Below, in pieces: positions 43,797 through 55,146 of a DNA stretch of 61,466 nucleotides. Below the pieces are notes generated by a model. That model worked only from the letters and a program-made list of their open reading frames with translations. It searched no databases and had not been told where the DNA came from. Each line of letters opens with the position of its first letter. The first letter of the stretch is position 1. Source of the DNA: Candidatus Saccharimonadales bacterium (GTDB taxonomy: Bacteria > Patescibacteriota > Saccharimonadia > Saccharimonadales > Saccharimonadaceae). The translations under genes and the position numbers were made by a program. Location: positions 1 to 61,466 of the forward strand of contig JASLDG010000006.1 in NCBI GenBank assembly GCA_030146045.1. The letters are read 5' to 3'.

Positions 43797-44396
43797 ATGC
43801 TGCTTAACGGATCAGACATCATCGGGGCTCCTGTCATGAGTCTCCAGACAGGTGGTGAACTCGCTCGGACCTCCGAGGCAATTATTAATCCTCACGATTT
43901 ATCAATCATTGCCTATGCCGTTACCGGACCATTCCTTGATAACGATGATTCACTCTTGCGCATTGAAGATATTCGCGAATTTGGTTCGATCGGTATCATT
44001 GTCGACTCGAGCGATGAATTCATTCAGCCAAGCGATATTATCCGGCAATCAGACATTTATGCGCTAAAGTTCCAACTTATCGATAAACCTGTATACACCA
44101 CCAAACGCGAAAAGGTAGGGAAAGTTATCGAATATACTGTCGATAGTGAAAGTTTTGTTATTCAGCAGCTGACTGTTAAGCGCCCTCTTCTTAAAAGTCT
44201 CAACGATCCCGAACTACTTGTACATCGTTCACAGCTTGTTGAAGTTACCGATGAAGCAATCATCATCAAAGATGCCAAAATTAAAAAAGAGGCTCGTGCA
44301 CCTATAGGCGCAAAAACGTACACCAATCCATTTCGACAATCTGGCGGCACCGCGCCCGTACCCGAAACAAGTAGCTCGCAGTCGTCTACTCGTTAG
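43797..44396 (+). CDS. PRC-barrel-like domain protein (two repeats)
   Basis: 199 aa. Two segments resemble the PRC barrel: GSDIIGAPVMSLQTGGELARTSEAIINPHDLSIIAY and LIDKPVYTTKREKVGKVIEYTVDSESFVIQQL. Recognition by eye only. Confidence 0.4.
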   Translation: MLLNGSDIIGAPVMSLQTGGELARTSEAIINPHDLSIIAYAVTGPFLDNDDSLLRIEDIREFGSIGIIVDSSDEFIQPSDIIRQSDIYALKFQLIDKPVYTTKREKVGKVIEYTVDSESFVIQQLTVKRPLLKSLNDPELLVHRSQLVEVTDEAIIIKDAKIKKEARAPIGAKTYTNPFRQSGGTAPVPETSSSQSSTR

Positions 44397-45033
44397 TTTC
44401 GAGCGCTTGACGAATATCATCATACGAGAATCCCTGTCGAGCCAAATAGTGCATCAGCTTTTGATCATCAGGATAACGCTTGCGCTTTTTGGCAATAATT
44501 TTTTGTATTTCTTCATCATCACTACGAACTGTTTCGTTGAGCGCCGCGCCAATCACCTGTGCTACTACACCCTTGGCGCGTAACTCTGCTTCAAGTTTCC
44601 GACGACTAGTGCCCTTCGTGAGGTTACGATTCTCCACCCAGTAACGCGTAAACTTTTCATCATCGACATAGCCTTTTTCTTGCAGTCGCTCAAACACTCG
44701 ATCGGCAATTGACTGCGACACCCCCTCGCGTGTTTTTATTTCGCCGGTGCGAGACTTATATTTAGTTGCTCGTGTCTTGCGCCAAAGGTAATCCCTCACC
44801 TCCTTGCCACTATGTGGCCGCAGCATACAGTATTCCAGTGCACGAGCATAAAGCTTACCGTATACGCTCTCCTGCTCAAGCTCGACAAGCTGGGATTCGC
44901 TTATATCCACCCCAATCTTAAGCCCCATCTCGGTCAGCTGAAAAATATCCAAGCTCAGCCGATAGGTGCCATCAATCGAAATATTGACTCGATTTGGATT
45001 TTTGAGCTGTGCCGAAATACTAGTGATTTGCAT
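44386..45033 (-). CDS. recX: RecA regulator RecX
   Basis: 215 aa. Three-repeat helical RecX pattern (YALRLL-type repeats; KRYPDDQKLMHYLARQGFSYDDI). Confidence 0.8.
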   Translation of the reverse strand: MQITSISAQLKNPNRVNISIDGTYRLSLDIFQLTEMGLKIGVDISESQLVELEQESVYGKLYARALEYCMLRPHSGKEVRDYLWRKTRATKYKSRTGEIKTREGVSQSIADRVFERLQEKGYVDDEKFTRYWVENRNLTKGTSRRKLEAELRAKGVVAQVIGAALNETVRSDDEEIQKIIAKKRKRYPDDQKLMHYLARQGFSYDDIRQALETNE

Positions 45034-45580
45034 AGCTGGTCAGATACCCCGCCAGTGTATTAAAATATCCTTCACCTTGGTTGACGAGCTTGTGCCTGTC
45101 AGGATTCTTTATCATCTCGAAAAACTGTTCGAATGATACCCATTTGAGCTCGTCAACTTCGCCATCAAACAGGTCCGTTCGTTCATCATGCCAGTCGTAG
45201 AGATATACCCAACGATATTCGTTTTCAACGAATTCTTGAAATGCCATCCAGTCTTTTCGCACAAACAAGAGCGAAAGTTGATCATCATCAAGTACTACAT
45301 TAATCTCTTCTTTAGCTTCACGCTTCACAGCCTGAAGCGGCGTTTCTCCAAAGTCAACATGTCCCGCTGCCGATATATCCCAAAAGCCCGGCCAGGTTGC
45401 CTTGTCATGCGCACGACGCTGCAGCATAATTTCACAGACTTCATCATGCCGTCTCACATTCCATACGTGCGACGAAGCATGAAGCGCACCATCCTTGATC
45501 TCATCCCGTGATAAACCAGGCGCGATAAATTCCCCTTGTTCAGAGCACCCTTGAAATAATTCACTGGTAATCACACTCAT
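45020..45580 (-). CDS. NUDIX hydrolase (IDI-like subgroup)
   Basis: 186 aa. Nudix box GHVDFGETPLQAVKREAKEEINV. Located between recA and recX. Confidence 0.75.
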   Translation of the reverse strand: MSVITSELFQGCSEQGEFIAPGLSRDEIKDGALHASSHVWNVRRHDEVCEIMLQRRAHDKATWPGFWDISAAGHVDFGETPLQAVKREAKEEINVVLDDDQLSLLFVRKDWMAFQEFVENEYRWVYLYDWHDERTDLFDGEVDELKWVSFEQFFEMIKNPDRHKLVNQGEGYFNTLAGYLTSYANH

Positions 45581-45622
45581 TGACGTAATAAACTACCTAT
45601 TCTTTTGCGGCAGCCCCTTTAG

Positions 45623-46660
45623 CTACGCGTCTTCTTCGGCAACCTTAGCGCGAACTTTTTCGTCGATCTCAGCTAGTACCTCTGGGTTTTTCTTCAGATA
45701 GTCCTTAGTTGCTTCGCGACCCTGGCCGATTTTGCCACCATTATAATCAAACCAAGCACCTGCTTTGCCTACAATGCCATGCTGCACCGCAAGGTCGAGT
45801 ACGTCGCCAGTTTTCGAAATACCTTCGTTGTACATGATATCGAATTCGGCCACGCGGAATGGCGGCGCGATTTTATTTTTAACGATCTTTGCTTTAGTAC
45901 GGTTACCAATAATGTTTTCGCCTTCTTTGATCTGGCCGGTACGGCGAATATCAAGACGCACTGAAGCATAGAATTTGAGCGCATTACCACCGGTCGTTGT
46001 TTCTGGGTTACCAAACATCACACCGATCTTCATGCGGATTTGGTTGATGAAAATCACCGTCGTCTTGCTCTTATTGATAATACCCGTAAGCTTACGGAGT
46101 GCCTGGCTCATTAAACGAGCCTGCAGCCCCATGTGACTGTCACCCATATCACCATCAATTTCTGCTTGTGGTACGAGCGCCGCAACTGAGTCAACGACTA
46201 CCAAATCGACGGCGTTTGAGCGAACGAGTGTTTCGGCGATTTCGAGCGCCTGTTCGCCATTATCAGGCTGAGAGACAAGAAGGTTATCAGTGTCAACGCC
46301 AAGCTTCTTAGCATACGCTGGGTCAAGAGCATGTTCGGCATCGATAAATGCCGCCGTGCCGCCTGCCTTTTGGACTTCAGCAATTGCATGGAGTGTCAAT
46401 GTCGTCTTACCACTAGACTCCGGCCCATAAATCTCAATGATACGTCCTTTTGGATAACCGCCGCCAAGTGCCAAATCAAGACTGAGTGCCCCACTTGGAA
46501 TCAGCTCAACATCAACTTTATGCGCTTCGCCAAGCTTCATGATTGAGCCATCGCCAAACTGCTTCGTAATTTGGTCCATCGCAAGACCAAGTGCCTTGAG
46601 CTTACCTTCGGTATCTGGCTTCACGTCTGAAACTGCTGCTTTTTCTGCCTTTTTTGCCAT
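45623..46660 (-). CDS. recA: Recombinase RecA
   Basis: 345 aa. [69 protein letters not shown]. Confidence 0.97.
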   Translation of the reverse strand: MAKKAEKAAVSDVKPDTEGKLKALGLAMDQITKQFGDGSIMKLGEAHKVDVELIPSGALSLDLALGGGYPKGRIIEIYGPESSGKTTLTLHAIAEVQKAGGTAAFIDAEHALDPAYAKKLGVDTDNLLVSQPDNGEQALEIAETLVRSNAVDLVVVDSVAALVPQAEIDGDMGDSHMGLQARLMSQALRKLTGIINKSKTTVIFINQIRMKIGVMFGNPETTTGGNALKFYASVRLDIRRTGQIKEGENIIGNRTKAKIVKNKIAPPFRVAEFDIMYNEGISKTGDVLDLAVQHGIVGKAGAWFDYNGGKIGQGREATKDYLKKNPEVLAEIDEKVRAKVAEEDA

Positions 46661-46730
46661 ACTTCCCCTCTCCGTTTATCTGTTTATAGTATACCACTTA
46701 TTCATCAAGGATATGCTACAATAAAGATAC

Positions 46731-47201
46731 ATGAAGCAACCTTCTCGACAGTCACAAGCAGGCTTTACCGTTATCGAACTCATCGTTGTTATTATTATAG
46801 CCGCAGCTGCCAGCATTCTATTCTTTATCCAGAACAACAATCTACGCGCTGCCAAACTCGACACTCAGCGTAAAACTGCGATTAATGCTATGTACTATGA
46901 CTTAGAGAAAGTCTTTTACCCTAAAAACGGCTACTATCCAGTTGAGCTCAGCAGCGAAACACTCACGGCAGTCGATCCAGACCTTCTCGTTGACACTAAC
47001 GGCAATAAGATTGACGAAAAACTCGATCTTTCGGGTCTGAGCGACGAAGAGAAAAAATCAATGGAATCGGTTGACACACACCTCTCCGAATACACATATG
47101 AGCCGATCAATTGCTCAACCGACGGCAAATGTAAGAGCTACACCCTACGCGTCAGCCTTACTAATGAAGGTGACTACATCAAAAAGAGTCTTCACAACTA
47201 G
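46731..47201 (+). CDS. Pilin-like protein with a prepilin N-terminal motif
   Basis: 156 aa. ...SQAG|FTVIELIVVIIIAAAASILFFIQNNNLRAAK. Confidence 0.75.
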   Translation: MKQPSRQSQAGFTVIELIVVIIIAAAASILFFIQNNNLRAAKLDTQRKTAINAMYYDLEKVFYPKNGYYPVELSSETLTAVDPDLLVDTNGNKIDEKLDLSGLSDEEKKSMESVDTHLSEYTYEPINCSTDGKCKSYTLRVSLTNEGDYIKKSLHN

Positions 47202-47204
47202 CGA

Positions 47205-47954
47205 TTAGTCGCCTGTAACAGGCCGTCCGTTCTTAAACGCTTCAACTGCATTATTCAAAATCGCAATTTGCTCTTTAGGATTTGACACATAGTAAAACCG
47301 ATAGGTTGTTTCGTCACCCTCAGTACTAAGACGAATCGAACCGTAGTTAAACATCATCTGAAAAATACCAGATTGCTGGTAGCTCGCATCTTCAATATTT
47401 GCGAGACTCACCGTTTGTTCGTGATGAGCAAGAAGTGTCGTCTGAATTTCCTGAATCACACTTTCGTTCGTCAAGAAAAACCGATTATTCATATAGACAT
47501 ATACTGCAATATACCCAAAAATACATATCAGGACAATCAAAAGAAGCGCCGGCATAATAATCGAGCTAAACGAAGGAAGTGGTGTAACTGACTGCGCCTG
47601 TATCGACGGATAAAGCATGAGTCCTGCGAGCACTACCGCAGCCAAAAATACCGTTAGACTTATCGGAATCACAAGGCCAATCGGATGCCGCTTGATTTTA
47701 TTAATGATGTACTCGGCCTCACTTAAGTTTAAATTCGGATAGAGCCGCACCGACTCTTCATGGCGAGCCTTTGCTTCTTCACTAACTTGGACCGGAATCG
47801 GATCAGCCGCACGCGACATATGCACCACTTGTGGAGCAACTGGCTGTGCAGGTGCTGTTGGAGGATGTGCATAGAGCGGCCTTCCCTGTGCATCGTAGGC
47901 AACAGGTTGCGTATAGTCTTGTTCTTGTGGCGCTGGAGTCGGTTCGTTATTCAT
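47205..47954 (-). CDS. Bacterial PH-domain (bPH_2/YdbT-like) membrane protein
   Basis: 249 aa. Pro/Gln-rich N-terminus and two TM helices, then NRFFLTNESVIQ...GSIRLSTEGD, typical of the family. Confidence 0.55.
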   Translation of the reverse strand: MNNEPTPAPQEQDYTQPVAYDAQGRPLYAHPPTAPAQPVAPQVVHMSRAADPIPVQVSEEAKARHEESVRLYPNLNLSEAEYIINKIKRHPIGLVIPISLTVFLAAVVLAGLMLYPSIQAQSVTPLPSFSSIIMPALLLIVLICIFGYIAVYVYMNNRFFLTNESVIQEIQTTLLAHHEQTVSLANIEDASYQQSGIFQMMFNYGSIRLSTEGDETTYRFYYVSNPKEQIAILNNAVEAFKNGRPVTGD

Positions 47955-47976
47955 AGCTATTTTTATTGTACCTTAT

Positions 47977-48993
47977 TTATGAGGTTTCACCGATGACAGG
48001 TCGCCCAAGATGGGTAAATGCTCGCGGTGTTACGCGACGCCCACGCGGGGTTCGCTCGATGAAACCAAGCTGAAGAAGGTATGGTTCGTAAAAGTCTTCA
48101 ATCGTCGTTGCCTCATCACCAGTCAGCGCTGCAATCGTCGTCAATCCTACTGGCTGCACGCCATACGTATCAATCATCTTTTCGAGCATATGACGATCCG
48201 CTGCGTCGAGACCGAGCGCATCAACTTCAAGCAGCTCAAGTGCCTTAGTTGTAATAACTGTATCTATAATACCGTCTCCATTCACGTCAGCGTAATCGCG
48301 CACACGCTTCAGGAGCCGGTTTGCGATACGTGGCGTCAACCGTGCTCGCGTCGATAGCATATCAGCCGCTGCCGGTTCGATTTTACTCTCCAAAATCCGA
48401 GCAGCTCGTTCAATGATCTTGCCGATCTCATCAGGTGTGTAGAATTCTAAGCGATGGATATGACCAAATCGATCACGTAGCGGTGCTGCTAGCGCTCCCG
48501 TGCGCGTCGTCGCACCAATTACCGTAAATTTCGGCAAATCCAGTCGTACACTACGCGCCGCCGGCCCCTTACCGATAACGATATCGAGCTGAAAATCCTC
48601 CATTGCACTATAGAGCACCTCTTCGACCGAACGATTGAGACGATGAATCTCATCAATAAACAAAATATCGTTATCTTGAAGGTTAGTCAGAATACTTGCC
48701 AGGTCACCCGCCCGTTCAATTGCCGGCCCCGCTGTTATACGAATATTGGCACCCATTTCATTGGCAATAACACTTGCCATAGTCGTCTTACCAAGTCCAG
48801 GTGGGCCATACAAAAGCACATGTTCAATCGGTTCATCCCGTTTTTTGGCAGCATCAATCGCAAGGCGCAAATTACGCTTTAACCTCTCTTGACCGATGTA
48901 GTCAGCAAACTCTCGAGGACGTAAGCTTACCTCAATCACTTGCTCTTCGTCATCGTCATGCGTACTTGTGTCTACAATGCGTTCAATTGCCAT
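47977..48993 (-). CDS. ruvB: Holliday junction helicase RuvB
   Basis: [30 protein letters not shown]. Start moved to the ATG at 48993 (MAIERIV...). Confidence 0.95.
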   Translation of the reverse strand: MAIERIVDTSTHDDDEEQVIEVSLRPREFADYIGQERLKRNLRLAIDAAKKRDEPIEHVLLYGPPGLGKTTMASVIANEMGANIRITAGPAIERAGDLASILTNLQDNDILFIDEIHRLNRSVEEVLYSAMEDFQLDIVIGKGPAARSVRLDLPKFTVIGATTRTGALAAPLRDRFGHIHRLEFYTPDEIGKIIERAARILESKIEPAAADMLSTRARLTPRIANRLLKRVRDYADVNGDGIIDTVITTKALELLEVDALGLDAADRHMLEKMIDTYGVQPVGLTTIAALTGDEATTIEDFYEPYLLQLGFIERTPRGRRVTPRAFTHLGRPVIGETS

Positions 48994-49051
48994 AAATATC
49001 CTTTTTATTGTATCATATCCTCTCAACCATAAGTGATATACTAGAGGCAGC

Positions 49052-50929
49052 ATGAGCAAACAGTGGCGGAGTGGGCTATTATTCATCGGCGCGATAGGCG
49101 TCGTTTTTGGCGACCTTGGCACAAGCCCGCTTTACGCATTGCAAGCTATTTTTAAACTATCTGGCATTACCCCTACGCCAGCGGCAATCATAGGTGCAAT
49201 TTCGTTGATTATCTGGGCATTAATTATCGTTATTTGCGCGAAATATATCGGGCTGATTATGCGCGCCGACAATAAGGGCGAGGGCGGCGCCATGGCATTG
49301 ATTGCGCTCATCCGCCGATCCAAACTTTCAAAACATCGCACTATGCATTACACCATCCTTGGGCTTATCGGTGTATCGCTCTATTTTGGTGATAGCATTA
49401 TCACACCGGCAATATCCGTTCTATCAGCCATGGAGGGCACGAAACTGATTGCTCCAGCTATCGCACCTCTTGTTGTGCCAATGACGGTCATCGCGTTGAT
49501 CGGCCTATTCTCGCTTCAGTCGCGTGGCACTGGCAAGATCGGCACTCTCTTTGGCCCTATCATGATTACCTGGTTTATCGTATCGGCTCTTGGCGGTCTC
49601 ATGCATATTGTACAAACACCCGCTATTTTGGCTGCATTCAATCCGCTCAGCGCACTTGCTTTCTGTTTCGCCAATCCTTTACCGGCATTTGTCGCTATGG
49701 GTGCCGTCATTCTCGCAATCACTGGTACCGAAGCCCTCTGTGCTGATATGGGTCATTTTGGACGCGCTACCATTGCCAAGGCATGGTTTTTCTTAGTTTT
49801 TCCCGCGTTACTTTGCACCTACCTTGGACAAGGTGCACTCGTGCTCCACTCGCCTGATGCGCTTGCCAGCCCCTACTTCCTCCTCTTCCCGGCAGAACTG
49901 CGCATTCCGATCGTCCTCTTGGCAACCTGCGCTACATTGATCGCTTCACAAGCAGTTATCTCTGGCGCATTTTCACTTACCCGCCAGGCTGTTGCCCTTG
50001 GGTTTCTCCCACGATTTTCCATTATCCACACATCGCGTGAAGAGTTGGGGCAAGTCTACGTGCCACTTCTCAACTGGACCATGGCAAGCCTTGTCACACT
50101 TACGGTCATCGGATTCGGCAGTGCAAGTAATTTAGCATCCGCATTTGGCATGGCAGTGAGTGGCACGCTCATCATCGACTCTATCCTCTTTATGGTCATT
50201 ATTCGCGCCACTTGGCGTAAACCAGTAGTATACGCAATTGTCTTCGGCCTTGCCTTCCTCGGTCTTGATCTCCTTTTCTTCTCATCAAACCTTTCCAAGC
50301 TATTACACGGTGCATGGCTTCCTATCGTCTTAGCAATTATCGCGTTTATCGTACTATCAACATGGTTCAAGGGACACCGTATTATTCTCCGCGAACGACA
50401 AGCGGCCGAAGGCTCTTTGCAATCCTTTGTCGAAAAGCTTCGTCACCGCCACATTCCACGCGTCCCTGGTACTGCTGTGTACCTCGGGCACAATGCCGGT
50501 AACGCACCGCTGGCGCTCCACACGACCCTCGAGCAGCTTCATGAACTACATCAGTATGTCGTGATTGTCAGCGTTAAAACGATGAGTGTGCCGCATGTAC
50601 CCGAAAATCAACGAGTTATCTTTGATGGTCTCGGCCATGCCGATGATAATATAAGCCATGTCACCCTTAAGTTCGGCTACAAAGATATTCAGAATGTTCC
50701 TCGCGCACTTGAATCAGCCCGCCACCAAAGCTCAGAGCTTGATTTTGACCCGCTTCGTGCCACATACTTCATCTCACTGGCACGACCACGTACTGTTCGT
50801 AATAAGCGCCTCGCTCGTTGGCGTAAAACGCTCTATACACTGCTCGCCCGCAACGCGTCAAATCCAACCGATTTCTTCCGCCTACCCACCGAGCGAACGA
50901 TCGAGCTTACCACGTTCGTTGATTTTTAG
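49052..50929 (+). CDS. kup: KUP-family potassium transporter
   Basis: 625 aa. [18 protein letters not shown]. 12-TM core plus a cytoplasmic C-domain. Confidence 0.92.
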   Translation: MSKQWRSGLLFIGAIGVVFGDLGTSPLYALQAIFKLSGITPTPAAIIGAISLIIWALIIVICAKYIGLIMRADNKGEGGAMALIALIRRSKLSKHRTMHYTILGLIGVSLYFGDSIITPAISVLSAMEGTKLIAPAIAPLVVPMTVIALIGLFSLQSRGTGKIGTLFGPIMITWFIVSALGGLMHIVQTPAILAAFNPLSALAFCFANPLPAFVAMGAVILAITGTEALCADMGHFGRATIAKAWFFLVFPALLCTYLGQGALVLHSPDALASPYFLLFPAELRIPIVLLATCATLIASQAVISGAFSLTRQAVALGFLPRFSIIHTSREELGQVYVPLLNWTMASLVTLTVIGFGSASNLASAFGMAVSGTLIIDSILFMVIIRATWRKPVVYAIVFGLAFLGLDLLFFSSNLSKLLHGAWLPIVLAIIAFIVLSTWFKGHRIILRERQAAEGSLQSFVEKLRHRHIPRVPGTAVYLGHNAGNAPLALHTTLEQLHELHQYVVIVSVKTMSVPHVPENQRVIFDGLGHADDNISHVTLKFGYKDIQNVPRALESARHQSSELDFDPLRATYFISLARPRTVRNKRLARWRKTLYTLLARNASNPTDFFRLPTERTIELTTFVDF

Positions 50930-50965
50930 TTCCACCCCCAGCTCTTCTCTGAGCTGGATATCTCC

Positions 50966-51541
50966 CTAGCCTTTAAGTGCTTCCGTCACTCGATCGGCTG
51001 TTGATAGTTCTGTGGAAATACCTTCGAGTGCCTGTGACGCATCATTCAGACTGTAGCCAAGTGCCATAAGTGCTTCAAGTGCATCATCATGGGGCAACAC
51101 CTGCGTTGTCCCCGTAAGCGTATTATTATCGGCGAGGAGTACCACGCCGACTTTATCGGAGAGATCCACGACAACACGCTCAGCCGTCTTCTTACCAACG
51201 CCGCTGGCTTTGGCTATAAATGTCGTATCGCCACCACCAATCGCTGCACGCACCACATCACTCTCACCCAAACTCAGAATAGCCAAGGCGGCTTTTGGGC
51301 CAACTCCTTGCACGGTAATGAGTAGCTGGAATAGTTTCTTGGCAGATAGTTGCGAAAATCCAAATAATTCCTGGCTTTGTTCGCGAATATGATGATACGT
51401 ATAGAGCATCACTTCGTCATCAACAAAAATACGGTCATAATCGCCCGCCGCTACACTGACTTCGTAGCCGATTCCGTGCACATCAATAATTATTGATGCA
51501 CCACTTTTTTCTTTTACAATTCCCGAAACATGCGCGATCAT
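50966..51541 (-). CDS. ruvA: Holliday junction DNA-binding protein RuvA
   Basis: 191 aa. MIAHVSGIV...GIGYEV, LITVQGVGPKAALAIL (HhH), ASGVGKKTAERV. Confidence 0.9.
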   Translation of the reverse strand: MIAHVSGIVKEKSGASIIIDVHGIGYEVSVAAGDYDRIFVDDEVMLYTYHHIREQSQELFGFSQLSAKKLFQLLITVQGVGPKAALAILSLGESDVVRAAIGGGDTTFIAKASGVGKKTAERVVVDLSDKVGVVLLADNNTLTGTTQVLPHDDALEALMALGYSLNDASQALEGISTELSTADRVTEALKG

Positions 51542-51555
51542 TCAGCCTCTTTCTT

Positions 51556-54003
51556 TTAATTTCCTAGTAGATTACGCAAGCGATTATTACCATTGCCATT
51601 ACCGCTATTACCACCACTAGAACTATTGTTACCTACCTTATACGAAAGAGTACTACTCACTTGGCCGATACTTGTGTCAGCTGGGATAAATGTCGCGGTG
51701 ATCGTATGATTACCTTCACTTAATGCTCCCGTCGTGAGTGATGCTGAACCACCAGATGCTTGAATCGTTCCGAGCAATGTATCACCGTCAGTAAACGCCA
51801 CACGCCCAGCCTCATTACGCGAGAGCGTTGCCGTAAATGTCACTTCCGCACCAAGCTGCGAACCACCTGAAGGCGAAGCCGACAAAGATACCGACAATGG
51901 TTGTGTCGAAGTACTTGCTGATGTCGAGGTGCTTTCTTCTTTTGGCTGTTCGGTGGCATTACAGCGTGCCGTCGGCAAGCTTGTCGACAAGAAGTATTCA
52001 ACATAGGTATTGCTTGCTGCCTTATCTGCAAGACCACCGCCTGAGCGGCAGACATTTTTCTGCACTACACCGGTAGGCACCGTAAAGTCTGTCTGCACTC
52101 CCGCGAGCATCGTACCCATTGCCTTGGTCCATATTGGACCCGCCATAATAGAACCACCATTTGCCATCGGCGTATTGTCATTATTGCCAACCCACACGCC
52201 AACAGCTAATTGCGGTGTATAGCCAATTGTCCAAGCGTCGCGTGCATCATCAGTTGTACCGGTTTTTACTGCCGCTTTCTTGACGGCACGAGTTTGCGCA
52301 TCGGTCACGTTCAACGTACTGCCAAATACTGTCGCACGCGTTGCATTATCAGATAGGATATTCGAGATCAAGAATGAGGCCTCAGGTGTCACGACCTGTT
52401 TACCTGAAGTCTTCGCTGCAAAAATGTCCTCACCGTACTTGCTCTTGATCGATGTAACAATTGTCGGACTATACTGTACACCCTGATTTGCAAACGCGGC
52501 ATACGCGTTGGTCATTTGCATTAACGGTGCTTCGGCCACTCCAAGTGCAAGCGCCAATCCATAGTCCTTGCTTGGATTAATCGACGCAATACCCATACGC
52601 TGCGCCGTTTCAACCGCCTTTGACACACCGACTTTTTGCATCACCTCAATCGCCGGAATATTGAGTGACCAGTCAAGTGCCTGGCGTACCGTTACATTAC
52701 CGCGGAATCGTCGATCAGCATTTTGCGGTGTCCATCCACCAAAGTCAGTCTTTTTATCTTCAAGCACTGTTGCTGGCGTAATCGTACCGTCGCTGAGTGC
52801 TTGCGTGTAATAAATCGGCTTAAAACTACTACCCGGTTGGCGTGGCGTTGTTACCACATTTACTTTGCCAAACTTTTCGTCGTTCCAGTCATAGCTCCCC
52901 ACCAGCGCTCGAACACCGCCATCTTTCGGATCAATCGCGACAGCAGCTGCATTTGAACCGCCATTACGACGAATTGTATTCATATTACTTGCGACTGCTT
53001 GCTCGAGCTGGCCTTGCATACCCATATCGAGCGATGTTGTCACCTGGTAGCCGCTACGAGTCACAGTCTCCTCGCCATACTTCGCATACAACTGGTCAAG
53101 CACCATCTGTGCAAAATGCGGTGCCTTACTATCGGCAAACGGTGATTTTTGCGGTTGGTAGGCAAGCTGCTCGGCTAGTGCCGCCTGTTTTTGCTCTTCG
53201 GTAATAAACCCTTGCTTGACCATGCGGCCGAGGACTGTTGTTTGGCGCTCTTTGGCATATTCGGCATTACCGCTCACCGGAGAATAGGTAGTTGGCGCAG
53301 GCAGCACGCCCACCAGCATGGCACTTTGCGCCAGATTCAGTTTATCTGGTGTAGTACCAAAGTACGTTTTAGCAGCATCACTAATGCCAAACGAGTTCTC
53401 ACCAAAATAGACCGAGTTCAAATACATCGCCAAAATCTCGTCTTTGCTGTATTTATTCTCTATCGCCACCGCGATCGAAAACGCCTGGTACTGCCGGAGG
53501 AAACTGCGGTTGCTCGATAACACCGTAATCTTGGCAAGCTGCTGCGTAATGGTTGACCCACCAAAGCTACCGCCACGGTTCAAAATATAGCCGTACACCG
53601 CGCGCAGCGTACTCAAAATTGAAAATCCGTCGTGCTTATAAAAGTCCTTATCTTCACTGGCAATCACTGCCTGCTGCATTTCTTTCGAAATACCGGTGAG
53701 TGGAATAAGATCTTTATGTGCCGCCTTGCCCGAGCTATAAATGACGTTTTTGCCTGAATTGTCGTACAGCACGATACCGGTGTTATTCCGGTTCATCAGG
53801 CGGTTCATATCCGAAATATCACGTGCAAAATAGAAATACGTCGCCAGTGGAATCAGTACCAGAATCGTCAAGATTGGCAGGCCAATCACAAGCGCCCGCT
53901 TCTTCCAGCTCATACGCCGCCACCACTCAAACCGTCGCTTAGCACCACGTTTTACGCGCTGCCGCGCCGTCACTGGCTTAGTGTATTTTCCTTGACGAAC
54001 CAT
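51556..54003 (-). CDS. Class A penicillin-binding protein (glycosyltransferase 51 + transpeptidase) with a C-terminal Ig-like domain
   Basis: 815 aa. IASEDKDFYKHDG and GGSTITQQLAK (GT51). PGSSFKP (SxxK) and KTGTT (KTG). C-terminal Ser/Thr linker and an Ig-like repeat. Confidence 0.9.
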   Translation of the reverse strand: MVRQGKYTKPVTARQRVKRGAKRRFEWWRRMSWKKRALVIGLPILTILVLIPLATYFYFARDISDMNRLMNRNNTGIVLYDNSGKNVIYSSGKAAHKDLIPLTGISKEMQQAVIASEDKDFYKHDGFSILSTLRAVYGYILNRGGSFGGSTITQQLAKITVLSSNRSFLRQYQAFSIAVAIENKYSKDEILAMYLNSVYFGENSFGISDAAKTYFGTTPDKLNLAQSAMLVGVLPAPTTYSPVSGNAEYAKERQTTVLGRMVKQGFITEEQKQAALAEQLAYQPQKSPFADSKAPHFAQMVLDQLYAKYGEETVTRSGYQVTTSLDMGMQGQLEQAVASNMNTIRRNGGSNAAAVAIDPKDGGVRALVGSYDWNDEKFGKVNVVTTPRQPGSSFKPIYYTQALSDGTITPATVLEDKKTDFGGWTPQNADRRFRGNVTVRQALDWSLNIPAIEVMQKVGVSKAVETAQRMGIASINPSKDYGLALALGVAEAPLMQMTNAYAAFANQGVQYSPTIVTSIKSKYGEDIFAAKTSGKQVVTPEASFLISNILSDNATRATVFGSTLNVTDAQTRAVKKAAVKTGTTDDARDAWTIGYTPQLAVGVWVGNNDNTPMANGGSIMAGPIWTKAMGTMLAGVQTDFTVPTGVVQKNVCRSGGGLADKAASNTYVEYFLSTSLPTARCNATEQPKEESTSTSASTSTQPLSVSLSASPSGGSQLGAEVTFTATLSRNEAGRVAFTDGDTLLGTIQASGGSASLTTGALSEGNHTITATFIPADTSIGQVSSTLSYKVGNNSSSGGNSGNGNGNNRLRNLLGN

Positions 54004-54048
54004 TTACCTTATTATACCAAAGATTGGCGATTTCGGAGTTTTCTCCTT

Positions 54049-54750
54049 TTACCACTGGTATCCAATAAAGGCGATTGCGAGAAGTGTCCATCCCGCAGAC
54101 CAAAGCCACAATACAGTAAGGCCGGCATGAATAACCCTAGAAACCCATCCGTTGATTTTAAAACAAAATACAATGTTAGAAACAACAGCAACCCCCGATA
54201 GTACAAGCACCGACAGTAGTCCAGCAGCATACAGGAAGCTGTCCGTGTCGCTACTCAATACACCGGTAACAATTGCATTATAGGCAAAAATACCCAGGTT
54301 AATGCATAGAGAAAGTTGTACCCTCACCTGAGTGACTGCCTTGCCACGACTCGATTGCGCCCGTGTGTCACCCAGCGCGTCGGCCGAGAAGCTCATTGCC
54401 ACAATATATGCAAGCAGGAGCAGCGCAGGCAGCCAAAGAGACATGAAATTATCAAAAACAACGTGGTCATATGACACATACAGAGAACCAAATAAAAGTA
54501 TTAACGTAGTCAGTGCTATATAAATCAAAGTAGATTTATGCGTCAGATACCACTTCCGTGTATTGCGATACTCATTCGCTCGAATAAGGAAAACGACTGT
54601 CGACACCATAAGTATGTAAATCAAAAATATACCCGTCCTGATAGAGGCAACCGACCCCACACCCATCCAGACAATCATAAGCCCTAGGATTATATGTGCG
54701 CCCGTAATACTCTGCCGTAACCTTTGTCTGCGTGCTTGTTTGTAGTTCAT
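54049..54750 (-). CDS. Polytopic membrane protein, unknown function
   Basis: 233 aa with about 7 hydrophobic segments. No motif recognised. Confidence 0.5.
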   Translation of the reverse strand: MNYKQARRQRLRQSITGAHIILGLMIVWMGVGSVASIRTGIFLIYILMVSTVVFLIRANEYRNTRKWYLTHKSTLIYIALTTLILLFGSLYVSYDHVVFDNFMSLWLPALLLLAYIVAMSFSADALGDTRAQSSRGKAVTQVRVQLSLCINLGIFAYNAIVTGVLSSDTDSFLYAAGLLSVLVLSGVAVVSNIVFCFKINGWVSRVIHAGLTVLWLWSAGWTLLAIAFIGYQW

Positions 54751-54846
54751 TTATATCTTTCTTTCAATACTTTCAGGTTCAAAACCCGAAAGTGGAGATT
54801 ATTTTCTAATATACACCACTTCAGGGTCAAACCCTTAATTTATGAA

Positions 54847-55146
54847 TTATCCCAAGAAGCCCACGCTATTGACCATAGCATTATATACGGCTACCACTCC
54901 ATTCATCAGTAGGTATAAGCAAAAAAGTACAAACAACACTCTGTACCTTCGCCGTATACTCTGTAGAGCACCGATCAGCGAAAGCACAAACCCGATCAGC
55001 GAAAGTGCCAGTATTAATGATAGGACTATCGCGCTATCCCCTCCGCTGTGTGATACGGACGATTGTAACAGCCCCAGTACGATTATGGTTATGATTATAC
55101 TTACAGTTGTATAAAAAATTATCTTTAGTTTTTTGTCTTTACTCAC
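54847..55146 (-). CDS. Small membrane protein, unknown function
   Basis: 99 aa with 3 hydrophobic segments. 8-nt overlap with the upstream SGNH gene. Contains a 21-nt in-frame tandem duplication (54971/54992). Confidence 0.4.
   Translation of the reverse strand: MSKDKKLKIIFYTTVSIIITIIVLGLLQSSVSHSGGDSAIVLSLILALSLIGFVLSLIGALQSIRRRYRVLFVLFCLYLLMNGVVAVYNAMVNSVGFLG

Noticed and set aside
54971-55005. A 21-nt tandem duplication (ccgatcagcgaaag at 54971 and 54992) as a possible phase-variable repeat.
   Set aside because: There are only two copies and they are in-frame (duplicating SLIG.VLSLIG in a small membrane protein). Nothing suggests slippage-prone repeat behaviour.
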